Origin: Desulfomonilia bacterium
GTDB lineage: Bacteria; Desulfobacterota; Desulfomonilia; UBA1062
Assembly (NCBI GenBank): GCA_050014195.1
Contig: JBEKDT010000020.1
Coordinates: forward strand, 24,006-88,005
DNA: 64,000 nucleotides
Direction of reading: 5' to 3'
Under the pieces are notes generated by a model. That model saw only the letters and a list, made by a program, of their open reading frames with translations. It was not told the origin of the DNA and did no database searches. The position numbers and the translations under genes are program-made. Of this stretch, positions 19,612-29,249 are shown one piece after another. Numbering within the stretch: position 1 is the first letter of the stretch; the number at the start of each line of letters is the position of its first letter.

Positions 19612-19706
19612 CCCCCCTCACCCCACTCTCTATGGGGGCGAGGAAAATCAATTGAGACACATTCCCCTCTCCCCATCCCATGGGGAGAGGGCCTTCGGTG
19701 AGGGGT
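19612..19706. repeat. CCCCTCACCC...GGGGAGAGGG palindromic intergenic repeat (REP/BIME-like)
   Basis: CCCCTCACC at 19614 pairs with GGTGAGGGG at about 19697; internal CCCTCTCCCCAT/ATGGGGAGAGGG stem. Confidence 0.6.
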
Positions 19707-19727
19707 CCATTATTAAGGAGAAGACAT

Positions 19728-20297
19728 ATGAACATAGGACCATACGGTTTTGATGAATTCATGGAAAAGGTGAAGGCGTTCCACGGCAGCATAGCACCGG
19801 GGATCGTGGCAGGAGGAATCATGGTGGATATTGCTAAGGCCAACCTACCCGATGGCGAGTTCTTCGACGTTATCTGTGAGAGCCAGCATTGTCTGCCCGA
19901 TGCCGTGCAGCTCCTTACCCAGTGCACCATCGGCAACCGCTGGCTCAAGATTGTCGACACAAGCCGCTATGCGCTTACCTTCTACAACAAGTATACAGGC
20001 GAAGGCATCCGGGTATACCTCGATGCAAAAAAACTAAAGGACTGGCCTGCCATTAAAGCATGGTTCCTGAAGGAGAAACCGAAGAAAGACCAGGACCAGC
20101 AGCAGGTCCTCGATGAGTTCCACAGGGCGGGTACGGGCATCTACAGTACATTGAAAGTCATTGTGAAGCCCTCATACATAACCTCTCCAGGTAAAAAACG
20201 TTCCGGGATCGCATTGTGCACTTCCTGCGGCGAGGCCTATCGGACGAATCTTGGAGAGACTTGCCCGGCATGCCAGGGGAAAGGGCCCTTTGTGTAA
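19728..20297 (+). CDS. FmdE-family protein with C-terminal zinc ribbon
   Basis: FHGSIAPG, CLPDAVQLLTQCTIGN and CTSCGE...CPAC; AAGGAG RBS before ATG 19728. Confidence 0.88.
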   Translation: MNIGPYGFDEFMEKVKAFHGSIAPGIVAGGIMVDIAKANLPDGEFFDVICESQHCLPDAVQLLTQCTIGNRWLKIVDTSRYALTFYNKYTGEGIRVYLDAKKLKDWPAIKAWFLKEKPKKDQDQQQVLDEFHRAGTGIYSTLKVIVKPSYITSPGKKRSGIALCTSCGEAYRTNLGETCPACQGKGPFV

Positions 20298-20338
20298 AAG
20301 TATTATTGACAGAGAGCACCCACGGCGGTGCTACGTGT

Positions 20339-20371
20339 ATAGGGCGACCCTCCGGGTCGCCCTATGTTTTC
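20339..20371. terminator. REP-like hairpin/terminator between convergent genes
   Basis: ATAGGGCGACCC-TCC-GGGTCGCCCTAT followed by GTTTTC. Confidence 0.6.
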
Positions 20372-20451
20372 AATACATGATTAATCTTCTCCGGCGCAGT
20401 AATACTTTTGCGTGATTGGCTTCGTAGTGCATTACCAATCCTTCAGAAGAG

Positions 20452-20781
20452 TTAGAAGCGACGTCTGCCGCCGCCGCCTCCACCACCGCCACCGCCAGGC
20501 CTTCTGCCTCTGTCACCACCGCCTCCGCCGCGATTGTCGGCACGCGGACGGGCTTCATTGACATTGATTGCCCGTCCTTTCAATTCTTTGCCGTTCAATC
20601 CGGCGATGGCAGCCTGGGCAGCGGCCTTGGCTGGCATTTCCACAAAACCGAAGCCTCGTGAATCACCGCTGAATTTATCGCGAATCACATTGGCGGATGT
20701 TACCTCACCGAACGCCTGAAACGCCTGTTGCAGATCCTCATTGGTAACATCGCGTGACAGATTTCCTACAAAGATATTCAT
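20452..20781 (-). CDS. RRM RNA-binding protein with Gly-rich tail
   Basis: RNP2 IFVGNL, RNP1 RGFGFVEM and VNEARPR. Confidence 0.95.
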   Translation of the reverse strand: MNIFVGNLSRDVTNEDLQQAFQAFGEVTSANVIRDKFSGDSRGFGFVEMPAKAAAQAAIAGLNGKELKGRAINVNEARPRADNRGGGGGDRGRRPGGGGGGGGGGRRRF

Positions 20782-20883
20782 GTGACCTCCAATTTTTTTG
20801 TGTTGACCTCTTGATCTTCACCGGGAGTCTACTGAGGGTTCCTAAGATGTGCCGCCTTTAGGCCTCCGAAGAAGTCACCTATT

Positions 20884-20912
20884 ATTATACTCTCAGCTTT
20901 CTGGTGATTCAA
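20884..20912 (-). promoter_or_regulatory. sigma70 promoter of the RRM gene
   Basis: Minus strand TTGAAT-17bp-TATAAT. Confidence 0.7.
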
Positions 20913-21026
20913 TATAAACTCATCATCTTTTTTTAAATCTTTAATTTTATGGCATCACCTCCAGTTTTTGTTACTATATATACATAGATTTGTGACCCCT
21001 TATTACAATAACGCGAAGGCATTAAG

Positions 21027-21662
21027 ATGGGCTATTACAAGCAACCGATTGTGAACGGTCATAAAGAGGCGGACTTGAACCTCATCATGGATGAAAATCA
21101 TTTAAACACTCTATCCATCATCTTACAGCAGGGTTTTCTCCTGAAGGCTCAGGTAGGATGCTCCATGAAAAGGTTTCTCATCGAGGGTATCGGATTAAGT
21201 CCTGAATATATCGCTGAAAGGATACAGACGATCTTTCTTGATGGAAGTCCTGTTGATGATCTCGATTCGGCAATCATCAAGGATGGATCTCATCTGGCCC
21301 TTTCAGCGGCCATGCCGGGGCTGGTAGGGGCCGCCATGAGGCGTGGCGGGGTCTACTCTTCTCTGAGGAATTCCATTACCTATCAGGAAACAGGAGAGCA
21401 GGGTATTCTTAAGGAAGGATCTGTTACTATAAAACTCTTCAATCTCCTCATGAAAGACCTGGGGCCGTACTTTCTTAAAAAAGGAATCTTTATACCATCT
21501 CCGGATCTTGCAGCATACTTCTCCAAACAGACGGAAAGTTTCTGGAAAGGATGCAAGGGGATTTTTTTCAATGGGAAGCCGCTTGTCAAAGACGTGTTGC
21601 TCAAAGGAAAGATCTTATTACCATATGCACTGATACATATATCCGTCAGGACTGAGTCCTAA
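21027..21662 (+). CDS. Hypothetical protein with a MoaD/ThiS-like beta-grasp segment
   Basis: TIFLDGSPVDDLDSAIIKDGSHLALSAAMPG; true start may be 21075 or 21087. Confidence 0.65.
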   Translation: MGYYKQPIVNGHKEADLNLIMDENHLNTLSIILQQGFLLKAQVGCSMKRFLIEGIGLSPEYIAERIQTIFLDGSPVDDLDSAIIKDGSHLALSAAMPGLVGAAMRRGGVYSSLRNSITYQETGEQGILKEGSVTIKLFNLLMKDLGPYFLKKGIFIPSPDLAAYFSKQTESFWKGCKGIFFNGKPLVKDVLLKGKILLPYALIHISVRTES

Positions 21663-21725
21663 GAAACAGCAATATCCTGTAACCTTAACCCGTGAATAGA
21701 TTTTTTACTTGATATGTCGGACTCC

Positions 21726-22544
21726 CTATAATTTAAGCGTTTCCATATCCATATCCAGTATATTGAAAAAGAGCATCCGCCGGGTAAGACATTTCCCCAT
21801 GCCGAGCAGGACCTTGCAGACTTCAGCTGCCTGAAGGCTCGCTATGAGTGCAGGTGAAAAAGCAGGATTTCCCAGGTCCTTCTCTATGCCTTCCTCGCCT
21901 GAATAATCCTGATATATCTCCCGGATAGTATGCTCACCAGGCATCTGGGTTGTTACCTGCCCATACCAGCCGCCTATGGAACCATGGATAATCGGGATGC
22001 CCGTATTACTGCAGACCTCCCCTAACTGGATTCTCACGGGTATGCTGTCCAGACCATCCACCACGACCTGTACACCCTTGAGCATCTCCGGCCCCTTTTC
22101 CTTCGAGAATGCATCTCTCACTGGAACGACCTCAACCGCAGGATTTATCTCCCGGATTCTGGTCAGGGCGACATCGACCTTTGCCATGCCAAAGACATTG
22201 ATCGTGCATAATATCTGACGGTTAAGATTATGTTCTTCAAAGCTGTCAGGGTCGATGACAGTCATCTTCCCGATACCAATCCTGGCCAACCCCTCAATGG
22301 CGCATCCCCCCAATCCCCCACATCCGATGACAGCCACATGACTCTTCAGTAATGTCGCCTGATCGGCAAGGGAGAGGGTGTTTCGATTTTTCTGGTAACG
22401 CCCCGGCATTATTCCTGCCGCCAGCGCTGTAAGCTCAACTTCCTGATAGGTAAGGGAGAACTCCTGTGCGGCCTGCTCTTCCACAACCCAGGTGAGTATA
22501 CCGTCCTGGGTATGGGTTATGAGAAAATCATGGATCTTGTCCAC
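21726..22544 (-). CDS. moeB: ThiF/MoeB/HesA-family adenylyltransferase
   Basis: VIGCGGLG, DPDSFEEHNLNRQ and DGLDS; GTG start at 22544 just after the MoaD stop. Confidence 0.85.
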   Translation of the reverse strand: MDKIHDFLITHTQDGILTWVVEEQAAQEFSLTYQEVELTALAAGIMPGRYQKNRNTLSLADQATLLKSHVAVIGCGGLGGCAIEGLARIGIGKMTVIDPDSFEEHNLNRQILCTINVFGMAKVDVALTRIREINPAVEVVPVRDAFSKEKGPEMLKGVQVVVDGLDSIPVRIQLGEVCSNTGIPIIHGSIGGWYGQVTTQMPGEHTIREIYQDYSGEEGIEKDLGNPAFSPALIASLQAAEVCKVLLGMGKCLTRRMLFFNILDMDMETLKL

Positions 22545-22545
22545 A

Positions 22546-22770
22546 TCACCCTCCCCCGATGGGTGGGAATAGGGCCAGGGTGTCGCCATCTGCAAGCAGA
22601 TCTTCCAAGGAGGCATGCCGGCCGTTCACAAAGACAAGCCTTATCTCCTTTTCCGGTATGCCGATGTCCCGTACGATACTCCTGCCGGTTATTCCCGAGG
22701 CATATACCCGGGTATCTTCGTCAAACCGGCCTTTACGCAGACTGGCAAAGAGTTTTACCGTGATGGGCAT
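22546..22770 (-). CDS. moaD: MoaD/ThiS sulfur carrier
   Basis: ITVKLFASLR...VNG...DGDTLALFPPIGGG. Confidence 0.9.
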   Translation of the reverse strand: MPITVKLFASLRKGRFDEDTRVYASGITGRSIVRDIGIPEKEIRLVFVNGRHASLEDLLADGDTLALFPPIGGG

Positions 22771-22836
22771 TGCATATTTATATACACCTGCACGGAAGAG
22801 TCTTCAATGGCTCTTCCGTGCAGTTTATCAAGGCTT

Positions 22837-24573
22837 CTACCAGTTATAGACCTTGTCGAGATCTTCGTCCTTTACCTTGAAGGTCACGTTGTGGGGCGCG
22901 ATGGGCTGGGTTTTGAAATAACCGGGCAGGCGGTCCTGCTGGCTGGTAAAACCGGCCCTCTTGTTGAAATCCCTTTCCATGCTCAGGACCTTCTTCCCAT
23001 ACTCCGCCACGTTATCAGCGGTAAAGCTAAGCCCTAAGCAGGAATTCAGGAGATCGAGGTAGGCCTGGAAGGTTTCGGGCTGGTCCAGGATCGCAAAGGC
23101 GATGAACAGGCACATGCCTGTCGAGTCGATAAATGCAGTTGCGATCTGGAGGTTACGGGAAAGCTCGACCTGGCCCTCGGGTTTCAAAGGATCGACAAAC
23201 CCGCCCACCTTGAGGATGTTGGTGGCCACTGCATACCCTGCCGTGTGATCAGCCCCCATGGTGGTTGTGGCATAGGTAACCCCCATTCCTTCGACCGCTC
23301 GCGGGTCATATGCAGGCATGGCCTGGCCCTTTACGACCGGGACCCGCTCAACACCGAAGATCTTGCCTGTCACCGCCGCACCGCTCCCGATGATCCTTCC
23401 CAACGGCGTCCCTTGACCGATTTCCTTAACCAGTTTGACGGCTGCGTCTGCATCACCGAATTTCAACAGGCCGGCCTCCATTGCAACACCGATGGTGACA
23501 CCGGTCTCAATGGTATCCAGGCCGATGTTGTCTTCGAGGAAATCCATCATGGCGATCTTGTCCATATCATCGATGCCGCAATGACCGCCGTGCGCCCATA
23601 CCGTTTCATACTCGGGCTGCTTGGTAAGATAATGGCCGTCTTTATCGTGATAGGTACCGGAGCAGCGGATAACGCACCCCCGATGGCAGCCGTGGGTCGC
23701 AAGACCTCCCCGTTCGGTTTCCAAGGCTGCTTCCGTTTCACCGCTTATCTTTGAAGCACCCGCAAACCTGCCTTCCTTGAAATTATACGTGGGGTAACCG
23801 CCTGCCTCGTTCAGGATGTTGGTGAGGACATTGGTCCCATAGGCAGGAAGACCCTGGCCGGTAACGCTATGTTTCTTGAGACCATCCGTGAATTCCTTGT
23901 TGGCCTTTTTGAATTTGTCAGGGTCCTTGGGCTGGCGCATTGGCATTCCCGTATCATCGAGCACGATCACCTTGACGCCTTTGGAGCCCATGACCGCACC
24001 TACCCCGCCTCGTCCTGCATGGCGGGTCGGCCGCAGTTCCATGTCCGTACAGGCGACAGAGGATGCAGCAAGTTTCATCTCACCTGCAGGGCCGATGGAT
24101 ATACAGGCGATCTTGTCGCCGTATTCGGCCTTCATCTTTTCCACCAGGTCATAATTGAGCATCATCTTCAGGCTGTTGTCCGGGGTTATCGTGACCCCAT
24201 CCTTATTGATAAATATCCTGTACAAGTCATTGGCTTTGGATGCGCCTTCCAGGATGATTGCTGCAAAACCGAGGCGAGCGAGAACCTGGGCAGGTTGACC
24301 TCCGGAATTCGCCTCCTTGATCCCGCCCGTAAGAGGGCTCTTGCAGCCAACCGATAACCTGCCGGACATGGCTGCCGCCGTCCCGCTCAGGAGGCCCGGC
24401 GCTATGACGAGCTTGTTGTCTGCGCTCAAGGGGTGGCATTCCGGCGGCACTTCTTTCGATATGACCGCTGATGTCAGAGCCCTTCCCCCTAATCCGGCAT
24501 ATTCCCCGATGGGTACCGCCTTCGCCTTTGGACCGCCTGCTGCACCCATATCTATCCTTAAGATCTTGTCCAT
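22837..24573 (-). CDS. aor: Tungsten aldehyde:ferredoxin oxidoreductase
   Basis: KSPLTGGIKEANSGG, GRGGVGAVMGSKG, CHRGCVIRC, EYET and PAYDPR. Confidence 0.93.
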   Translation of the reverse strand: MDKILRIDMGAAGGPKAKAVPIGEYAGLGGRALTSAVISKEVPPECHPLSADNKLVIAPGLLSGTAAAMSGRLSVGCKSPLTGGIKEANSGGQPAQVLARLGFAAIILEGASKANDLYRIFINKDGVTITPDNSLKMMLNYDLVEKMKAEYGDKIACISIGPAGEMKLAASSVACTDMELRPTRHAGRGGVGAVMGSKGVKVIVLDDTGMPMRQPKDPDKFKKANKEFTDGLKKHSVTGQGLPAYGTNVLTNILNEAGGYPTYNFKEGRFAGASKISGETEAALETERGGLATHGCHRGCVIRCSGTYHDKDGHYLTKQPEYETVWAHGGHCGIDDMDKIAMMDFLEDNIGLDTIETGVTIGVAMEAGLLKFGDADAAVKLVKEIGQGTPLGRIIGSGAAVTGKIFGVERVPVVKGQAMPAYDPRAVEGMGVTYATTTMGADHTAGYAVATNILKVGGFVDPLKPEGQVELSRNLQIATAFIDSTGMCLFIAFAILDQPETFQAYLDLLNSCLGLSFTADNVAEYGKKVLSMERDFNKRAGFTSQQDRLPGYFKTQPIAPHNVTFKVKDEDLDKVYNW

Positions 24574-24828
24574 ACCTGAACCTCGCCTTTAGGAATTTGA
24601 TAAGTTCTATATTAATTGCATAATATCCAAATGCAACGGTGAAATCGGGAATAATTATGATTTTTGATTATATTATGCTTGATAGAGCAGATTATAATCC
24701 GATTTTGTTATTTTTTGTTATTTTTTTCTTGCTTCTGAATCCTTAATCGATATTTTCTGGCTGGTATCAATTCATTAATCATCTTAAGATCGTGTATCCG
24801 AACGACAAAGGATTTTTCATGCAGGATC

Positions 24829-24987
24829 TCAGTACGTGGCCCCGCCCTCGTCGTAGATCCTTCTCAGGAGCTCCCGGTCTACCGTTGAACCGTCAACAAA
24901 ATGGTTGGGCTCAGCACCGCAATAGGGACAGTTGGAATCAGGATCTGTAATTATCTCCCCGCAAATACCGCACACGATTTCTTTCAT
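24829..24987 (-). CDS. 52-aa rubredoxin-like zinc-ribbon protein
   Basis: MKEIVCGICGEIITDPDSNCPYCGAEPNHF...; AGGAGAGG RBS; below the ORF-track cut-off. Confidence 0.75.
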   Translation of the reverse strand: MKEIVCGICGEIITDPDSNCPYCGAEPNHFVDGSTVDRELLRRIYDEGGATY

Positions 24988-25299
24988 GACAGCATCCTCT
25001 CCTTTCATGACCTGTTTCCTTCCCTAAGAAAGCGGTCCCAGCCTCGATGTCAATGCTCATAAAAACCCATCCTTCCGCAGAGCTGGGTTTAAGTTGACAT
25101 TATATTGGCTTGATATCATATTCAACGGGTGATACAAAAGCAACAAGGATGCAATGATCACCTTTAAGATCCATAACTCGTGAGAGAAGGAGTCCGACAG
25201 CCCTCATGATGCACCCCGGTGGATTATAAGAACGCAGGTGGAAAACCCACGGGCAGTAAACAGCCGAGTGGAAGAAGTAGCTTAAGAAGGAGGTTTCAA

Positions 25300-25527
25300 A
25301 TGAACATAAATCAAGAGATTGAAAAAGTCGCTTATGAACTTTATGAGAAGGATGGCTGCATACCAGGCCGGGATCGGGAACACTGGCTTGAGGCCGAAAA
25401 GATAGTGCATGCCAGATATTCAGTATCCTTTGACGAGAAACAGGCTAAGACCAAAAAGTCTTCCACCTCTAAGCCATCAACAAAAAAAGTCACAGCAAAA
25501 GAAAGTAAGACGACCACCCGAAGCTAG
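25300..25527 (+). CDS. DUF2934-domain small protein
   Basis: IEKVAYELYEKDG...GRDREHWLEAE; AGGAGG RBS before ATG 25300. Confidence 0.85.
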   Translation: MNINQEIEKVAYELYEKDGCIPGRDREHWLEAEKIVHARYSVSFDEKQAKTKKSSTSKPSTKKVTAKESKTTTRS

Positions 25528-25566
25528 ACTGCAAAAAATGATGTATTAAGCATTCCACCATTTGCC

Positions 25567-25608
25567 CCTCTGGAGAAGCGCTCAGGCCTTCGATTCTCCA
25601 GAGGCTTT
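25567..25608 (+). terminator. Stem-loop/terminator
   Basis: CCTCTGGAGAA/TTCTCCAGAGG followed by CTTT. Confidence 0.5.
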
Positions 25609-25745
25609 CGGCTGTTCTTGCCTTTTTAAGAGCTGCGCAATGTGTTAACGAATCGTAAATACCGATGAAAAGTCGTCCGTTGCTTGTTGCACCCCCATTG
25701 CATCAGAAGCGCGTTTGCGCATATATACTGGCAGGAGGGTAAGCC

Positions 25746-26522
25746 ATGCCTGCCGAGATCGAGACAAAGCTTGTTGTCCTGGGGGATGAATCAGAGGCCA
25801 TCTTGAAAGAGATTGCATCCTATGACGTTATCGGCATGTATAAACTCCTGCGTGGGAAAACGAAAATGCTTCAGGATACTTATTTTGATACACCCGCCAA
25901 GGCCCTCTTCGGAGAGGGTATCGCCCTGAGAACTCGAGAGCAGGAAGGCTCTGTCGTTATCTGCATCAAAAAGGATGAACATACTGATGAGCATGGGACA
26001 ACACATAGAGATGAGACAGAACTTTCCTGGTCATCGGAGTCCTTGGCTTATATCTTGAAAACCCTGCCGGATATCCCCGTACCGGCCGGAGCAAGCGATA
26101 TTAAAGCGAGTACACCCAGGAAGTACCTGGAAGGGCTTGGGCTTATATCAATCCATGAGCGGCAGACACGAAGACTTACAATGGATGTGGTGGCCCTTAT
26201 TGAGCCTGAAAAAGGCATCATTGCGGAGATAGCCCTCGATAAGGTCAACTACCTCATCGGTGGCTCACGAATACTTCATTACGAGATCGAGGTTGAGGCA
26301 AAGGCACCCAGTGCTGTGGAACACATCATTCACCTGACCAATTTTTTTAGAAAGACCTATGGGAATAAAATCATTCCTTGGGATCACAACAAGCTGCTCA
26401 CCGGATTCGCCATGGAGCAACTCTATTTCCAAGGGAAGCTCTCCATCCCTCCCGGAGAAACCTTATCCATGAGCCGAGATTCATACGATGCCGTCAATGT
26501 GTTTTTAAAACATGCTTCTTAA
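25746..26522 (+). CDS. CYTH-domain protein
   Basis: EIETK (ExExK), DTYFDT, ALRTR and EIEVEAK. Confidence 0.88.
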   Translation: MPAEIETKLVVLGDESEAILKEIASYDVIGMYKLLRGKTKMLQDTYFDTPAKALFGEGIALRTREQEGSVVICIKKDEHTDEHGTTHRDETELSWSSESLAYILKTLPDIPVPAGASDIKASTPRKYLEGLGLISIHERQTRRLTMDVVALIEPEKGIIAEIALDKVNYLIGGSRILHYEIEVEAKAPSAVEHIIHLTNFFRKTYGNKIIPWDHNKLLTGFAMEQLYFQGKLSIPPGETLSMSRDSYDAVNVFLKHAS

Positions 26523-26565
26523 TGTCCGGCATGAACCGTTAAGGCAGATTTGAATCTCCAAATTT

Positions 26566-26603
26566 GTGAGGAAATGATGAAGATTGTATGAATAATGTGT
26601 GAA
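26566..26603 (-). promoter_or_regulatory. Reverse-oriented Pho-box-like array
   Basis: GTGAG/ATGAA/ATGAA/GTGAA at 26566, 26577, 26588 and 26599 (11-bp period; YTCAY on the minus strand). Confidence 0.55.
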
Positions 26604-26703
26604 TTCATACATGTTCTCTTGCAACTGATCTGCACACGGGATATATGACCCATAAAACTTTCCAAGATACATTCCATGCCGATGTTAGGGTATTGCTTAA
26701 AGG

Positions 26704-27390
26704 ATGGAATTGATGGGTAGCCGTATAGCTGTGGTAGATGATGAACCTGATATCATCCACCTGGTAAGTATACACCTCAAGAAGGCCGGGTTCTCTGTGG
26801 ACAGCTTTCTCAATGGAAGCTCCTTGTTTAATTTTCTCTCTGCAAACATCCCCGACCTCGTCATCCTTGACCTCATGCTGCCCGATCTTGATGGGCTCAC
26901 CGTGTGCAGGATGATGAAAAATGATTCAAGATACTCATCCATCCCCATCATCATGCTTACGGCAAAGGGACAAGAGATCGACAAGGTGTCCGGACTAGAG
27001 CTTGGGGCTGATGACTACGTGACCAAGCCTTTTTCACCCAAAGAGCTTATCGCACGCGTCAAGGCGATACTGAGGAGGACGGCGCACAAACTGGCAGAAC
27101 CCATCTCCGTCGGGGACAAACTCTTCATCGACCCGGAAAGATTTGAGGCCAAGGTTGACGATGAACCCGTGATGCTGACGGCTGTCGAATTCAAAATACT
27201 CCTTCTGCTTGCTACAAACCGTGGCAAGGTCTTCAGCAGAGAGCGCATCCTCGACCATCTCTGGGGAAATGAGAAGGCCGTTTTAGACCGGACTGTGGAC
27301 GTTCACATCAAGAACTTACGCGATAAACTCGGTCCTGCAGGTGACTTCATCAGAAACGTACGCGGCGTGGGCTATAAACTACAGGCATGA
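26704..27390 (+). CDS. phoB: PhoB/PhoP OmpR-family response regulator
   Basis: VVDDE, DLMLP, GADDYVTKPFS and RTVDVHI; pho locus context. Confidence 0.9.
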   Translation: MELMGSRIAVVDDEPDIIHLVSIHLKKAGFSVDSFLNGSSLFNFLSANIPDLVILDLMLPDLDGLTVCRMMKNDSRYSSIPIIMLTAKGQEIDKVSGLELGADDYVTKPFSPKELIARVKAILRRTAHKLAEPISVGDKLFIDPERFEAKVDDEPVMLTAVEFKILLLLATNRGKVFSRERILDHLWGNEKAVLDRTVDVHIKNLRDKLGPAGDFIRNVRGVGYKLQA

Positions 27391-29102
27391 GAAGACCCAT
27401 TTTTTTCAAGATCTTCGCAGGGTTTCTGGTAATGACGGTTACCCTTGCGATTCTCATCCTTATCCTATCGTATGAGATTATCCGGTCGCATTATATAAGG
27501 ACCACTGCACAAAATCTTCAAAATATCGGCCTGCCCCTGAGGCAGGATATTATCCCTCTCCTTGAAAAAGGCGATACTGAAGCCCTGAATGAAACAGCCA
27601 GGCTCTACGGGCATGAGCTTGAGATCAGGGTGACCATTATCGATGCCTCGGGCAAGGTGCTTGCAGACTCGGAAAGGGACCCGGCAACCATGGAGAACCA
27701 CCGGGACAGGCCCGAGGTAAAACAGGCCCTCGTTGGGGCTTTAGGCCAGAGCATAAGATACAGCACGACCCTCGAACAGGAGCTTCTCTACATTGCACTG
27801 CCGATAAAGGTGCATGACAAAATCGATGGCGTGCTCCGGCTGAGCATGACACTCAAGCACATAAGCGACCTCCTCGGTACCCTGCTAAACAGGCTTATAT
27901 GGCTCACAGCGATCATCATCGTACTGTCTCTTATGTTCTCAGCCATCTTCTCCCACCTGCTCTCGACACCCATCCGGGCCTTGAGCAAGGCTGCCGGCAA
28001 CGTCGCAAAAGGCGACTTCTCCGTGCGGGTAGCTCCGGGCGGCAATGATGAGATCAGGGACCTCAACGAGAGCTTCAACGAGATGGCGCAAAGGCTTGAA
28101 GCATTCTTTCATGAGTTAAATGCCCAAAAGGAAGAGCTCGAGAGTATAGTTGCATCCATCAGCGAGGTTCTGCTCGTGCTCGATGGTGAGGGTAAGGTAA
28201 CTCTATTCAATGTAGCAGCCAGCAAAATCATCGATGCCGAGGTCATCATCGACAGGTATTACTGGGAGATACTCAGGTCAGCCAAGCTCAATACCCTTGT
28301 GGAAGAGGCTGCACAAAATCCGTCGACCGGAGAGGTGGATCTTGCAGGGAAGACATATCTCTGCAGCATAACACCCCTTGCGACAAAACAGGCAAAAGTG
28401 ATGGTCCTCCACGATATCACTGAGATGAAGCAGATCGAACATATCAAAAAGGACCTGGCAGTAAACGTCTCACACGAGCTGAGGACACCACTTACTGCTA
28501 TCAAGGGCTTTACCGAGACCCTGATGGATGAGGCAGGCTCATCATCACAGGAATACCTCAGGATCATCCACAGGCATACGGAGCGGCTCATTGCCATGGT
28601 GAACGATCTGCTCATACTCTCGGAGATGGAAGAGAAACCAAGTCTTGCCCTTGAGGATGTGAATATATACGACCTTATGAAGGGGCTGATATCCATCTAT
28701 GAACCCAGGATAAAGGCAAAGGGTCTTGCATTAAACGTAAGGTGCCCTGCCATCATCATCAAGGCGGACCCCTTCAAGCTCGAACAGCTTCTCACAAACC
28801 TTATCGACAATGCCCTGAAGTACACGGAGAAAGGAGAGATCTCTGTTACCGTAGAGATCCAAGGTGATGCGGTCATTATCTCCGTGAAAGATACCGGGGT
28901 CGGGATACCCAGCGAGCACGTTTCACGAATATTCGAGCGATTTTACGTGGTAGACAAATCAAGGTCCAGGAGTATGGGCGGCACGGGGCTGGGCTTGGCA
29001 ATTGCAAAACATATCGCAACGCTCCATGGTGGAAAAATCGAGGTGGAAAGCACACCATACATGGGAAGCGCCTTCACCGTTTCCATACCAGTGAAGCATT
29101 AA
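27387..29102 (+). CDS. phoR: PhoR sensor histidine kinase (HAMP, PAS)
   Basis: ENHRDRPEV, SHELRTPLT, NLIDNALKY, IFERFY and GGTGLGL. Confidence 0.92.
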   Translation: MRRPIFFKIFAGFLVMTVTLAILILILSYEIIRSHYIRTTAQNLQNIGLPLRQDIIPLLEKGDTEALNETARLYGHELEIRVTIIDASGKVLADSERDPATMENHRDRPEVKQALVGALGQSIRYSTTLEQELLYIALPIKVHDKIDGVLRLSMTLKHISDLLGTLLNRLIWLTAIIIVLSLMFSAIFSHLLSTPIRALSKAAGNVAKGDFSVRVAPGGNDEIRDLNESFNEMAQRLEAFFHELNAQKEELESIVASISEVLLVLDGEGKVTLFNVAASKIIDAEVIIDRYYWEILRSAKLNTLVEEAAQNPSTGEVDLAGKTYLCSITPLATKQAKVMVLHDITEMKQIEHIKKDLAVNVSHELRTPLTAIKGFTETLMDEAGSSSQEYLRIIHRHTERLIAMVNDLLILSEMEEKPSLALEDVNIYDLMKGLISIYEPRIKAKGLALNVRCPAIIIKADPFKLEQLLTNLIDNALKYTEKGEISVTVEIQGDAVIISVKDTGVGIPSEHVSRIFERFYVVDKSRSRSMGGTGLGLAIAKHIATLHGGKIEVESTPYMGSAFTVSIPVKH

Positions 29103-29249
29103 AATTATCGCCCATAACTCTATCCTGCATCAAACAGAAAAAATCCCCTGGAAATTGGCTACATCGGTGCTTGACTGATCAGGGTAATCCTTATAAGAAA
29201 ATCCTGATACTATCGAAACAACATCTTGAGAGGGATTGAGGAGGAGGAT

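Noticed and set aside
18623-19960. 445-aa minus-strand ORF and many similar antisense ORFs across the window
   Set aside because: Shadow frames of GC-rich genes with no motifs
24616-24636. TTGCAT-N9-ATGCAA palindrome or sigma54 promoter upstream of aor
   Set aside because: GG-N10-GC spacing not met; single occurrence in AT-rich DNA
25000-25295. Possible riboswitch or ncRNA between the divergent small genes
   Set aside because: No consensus I can recognise; needs an Rfam search
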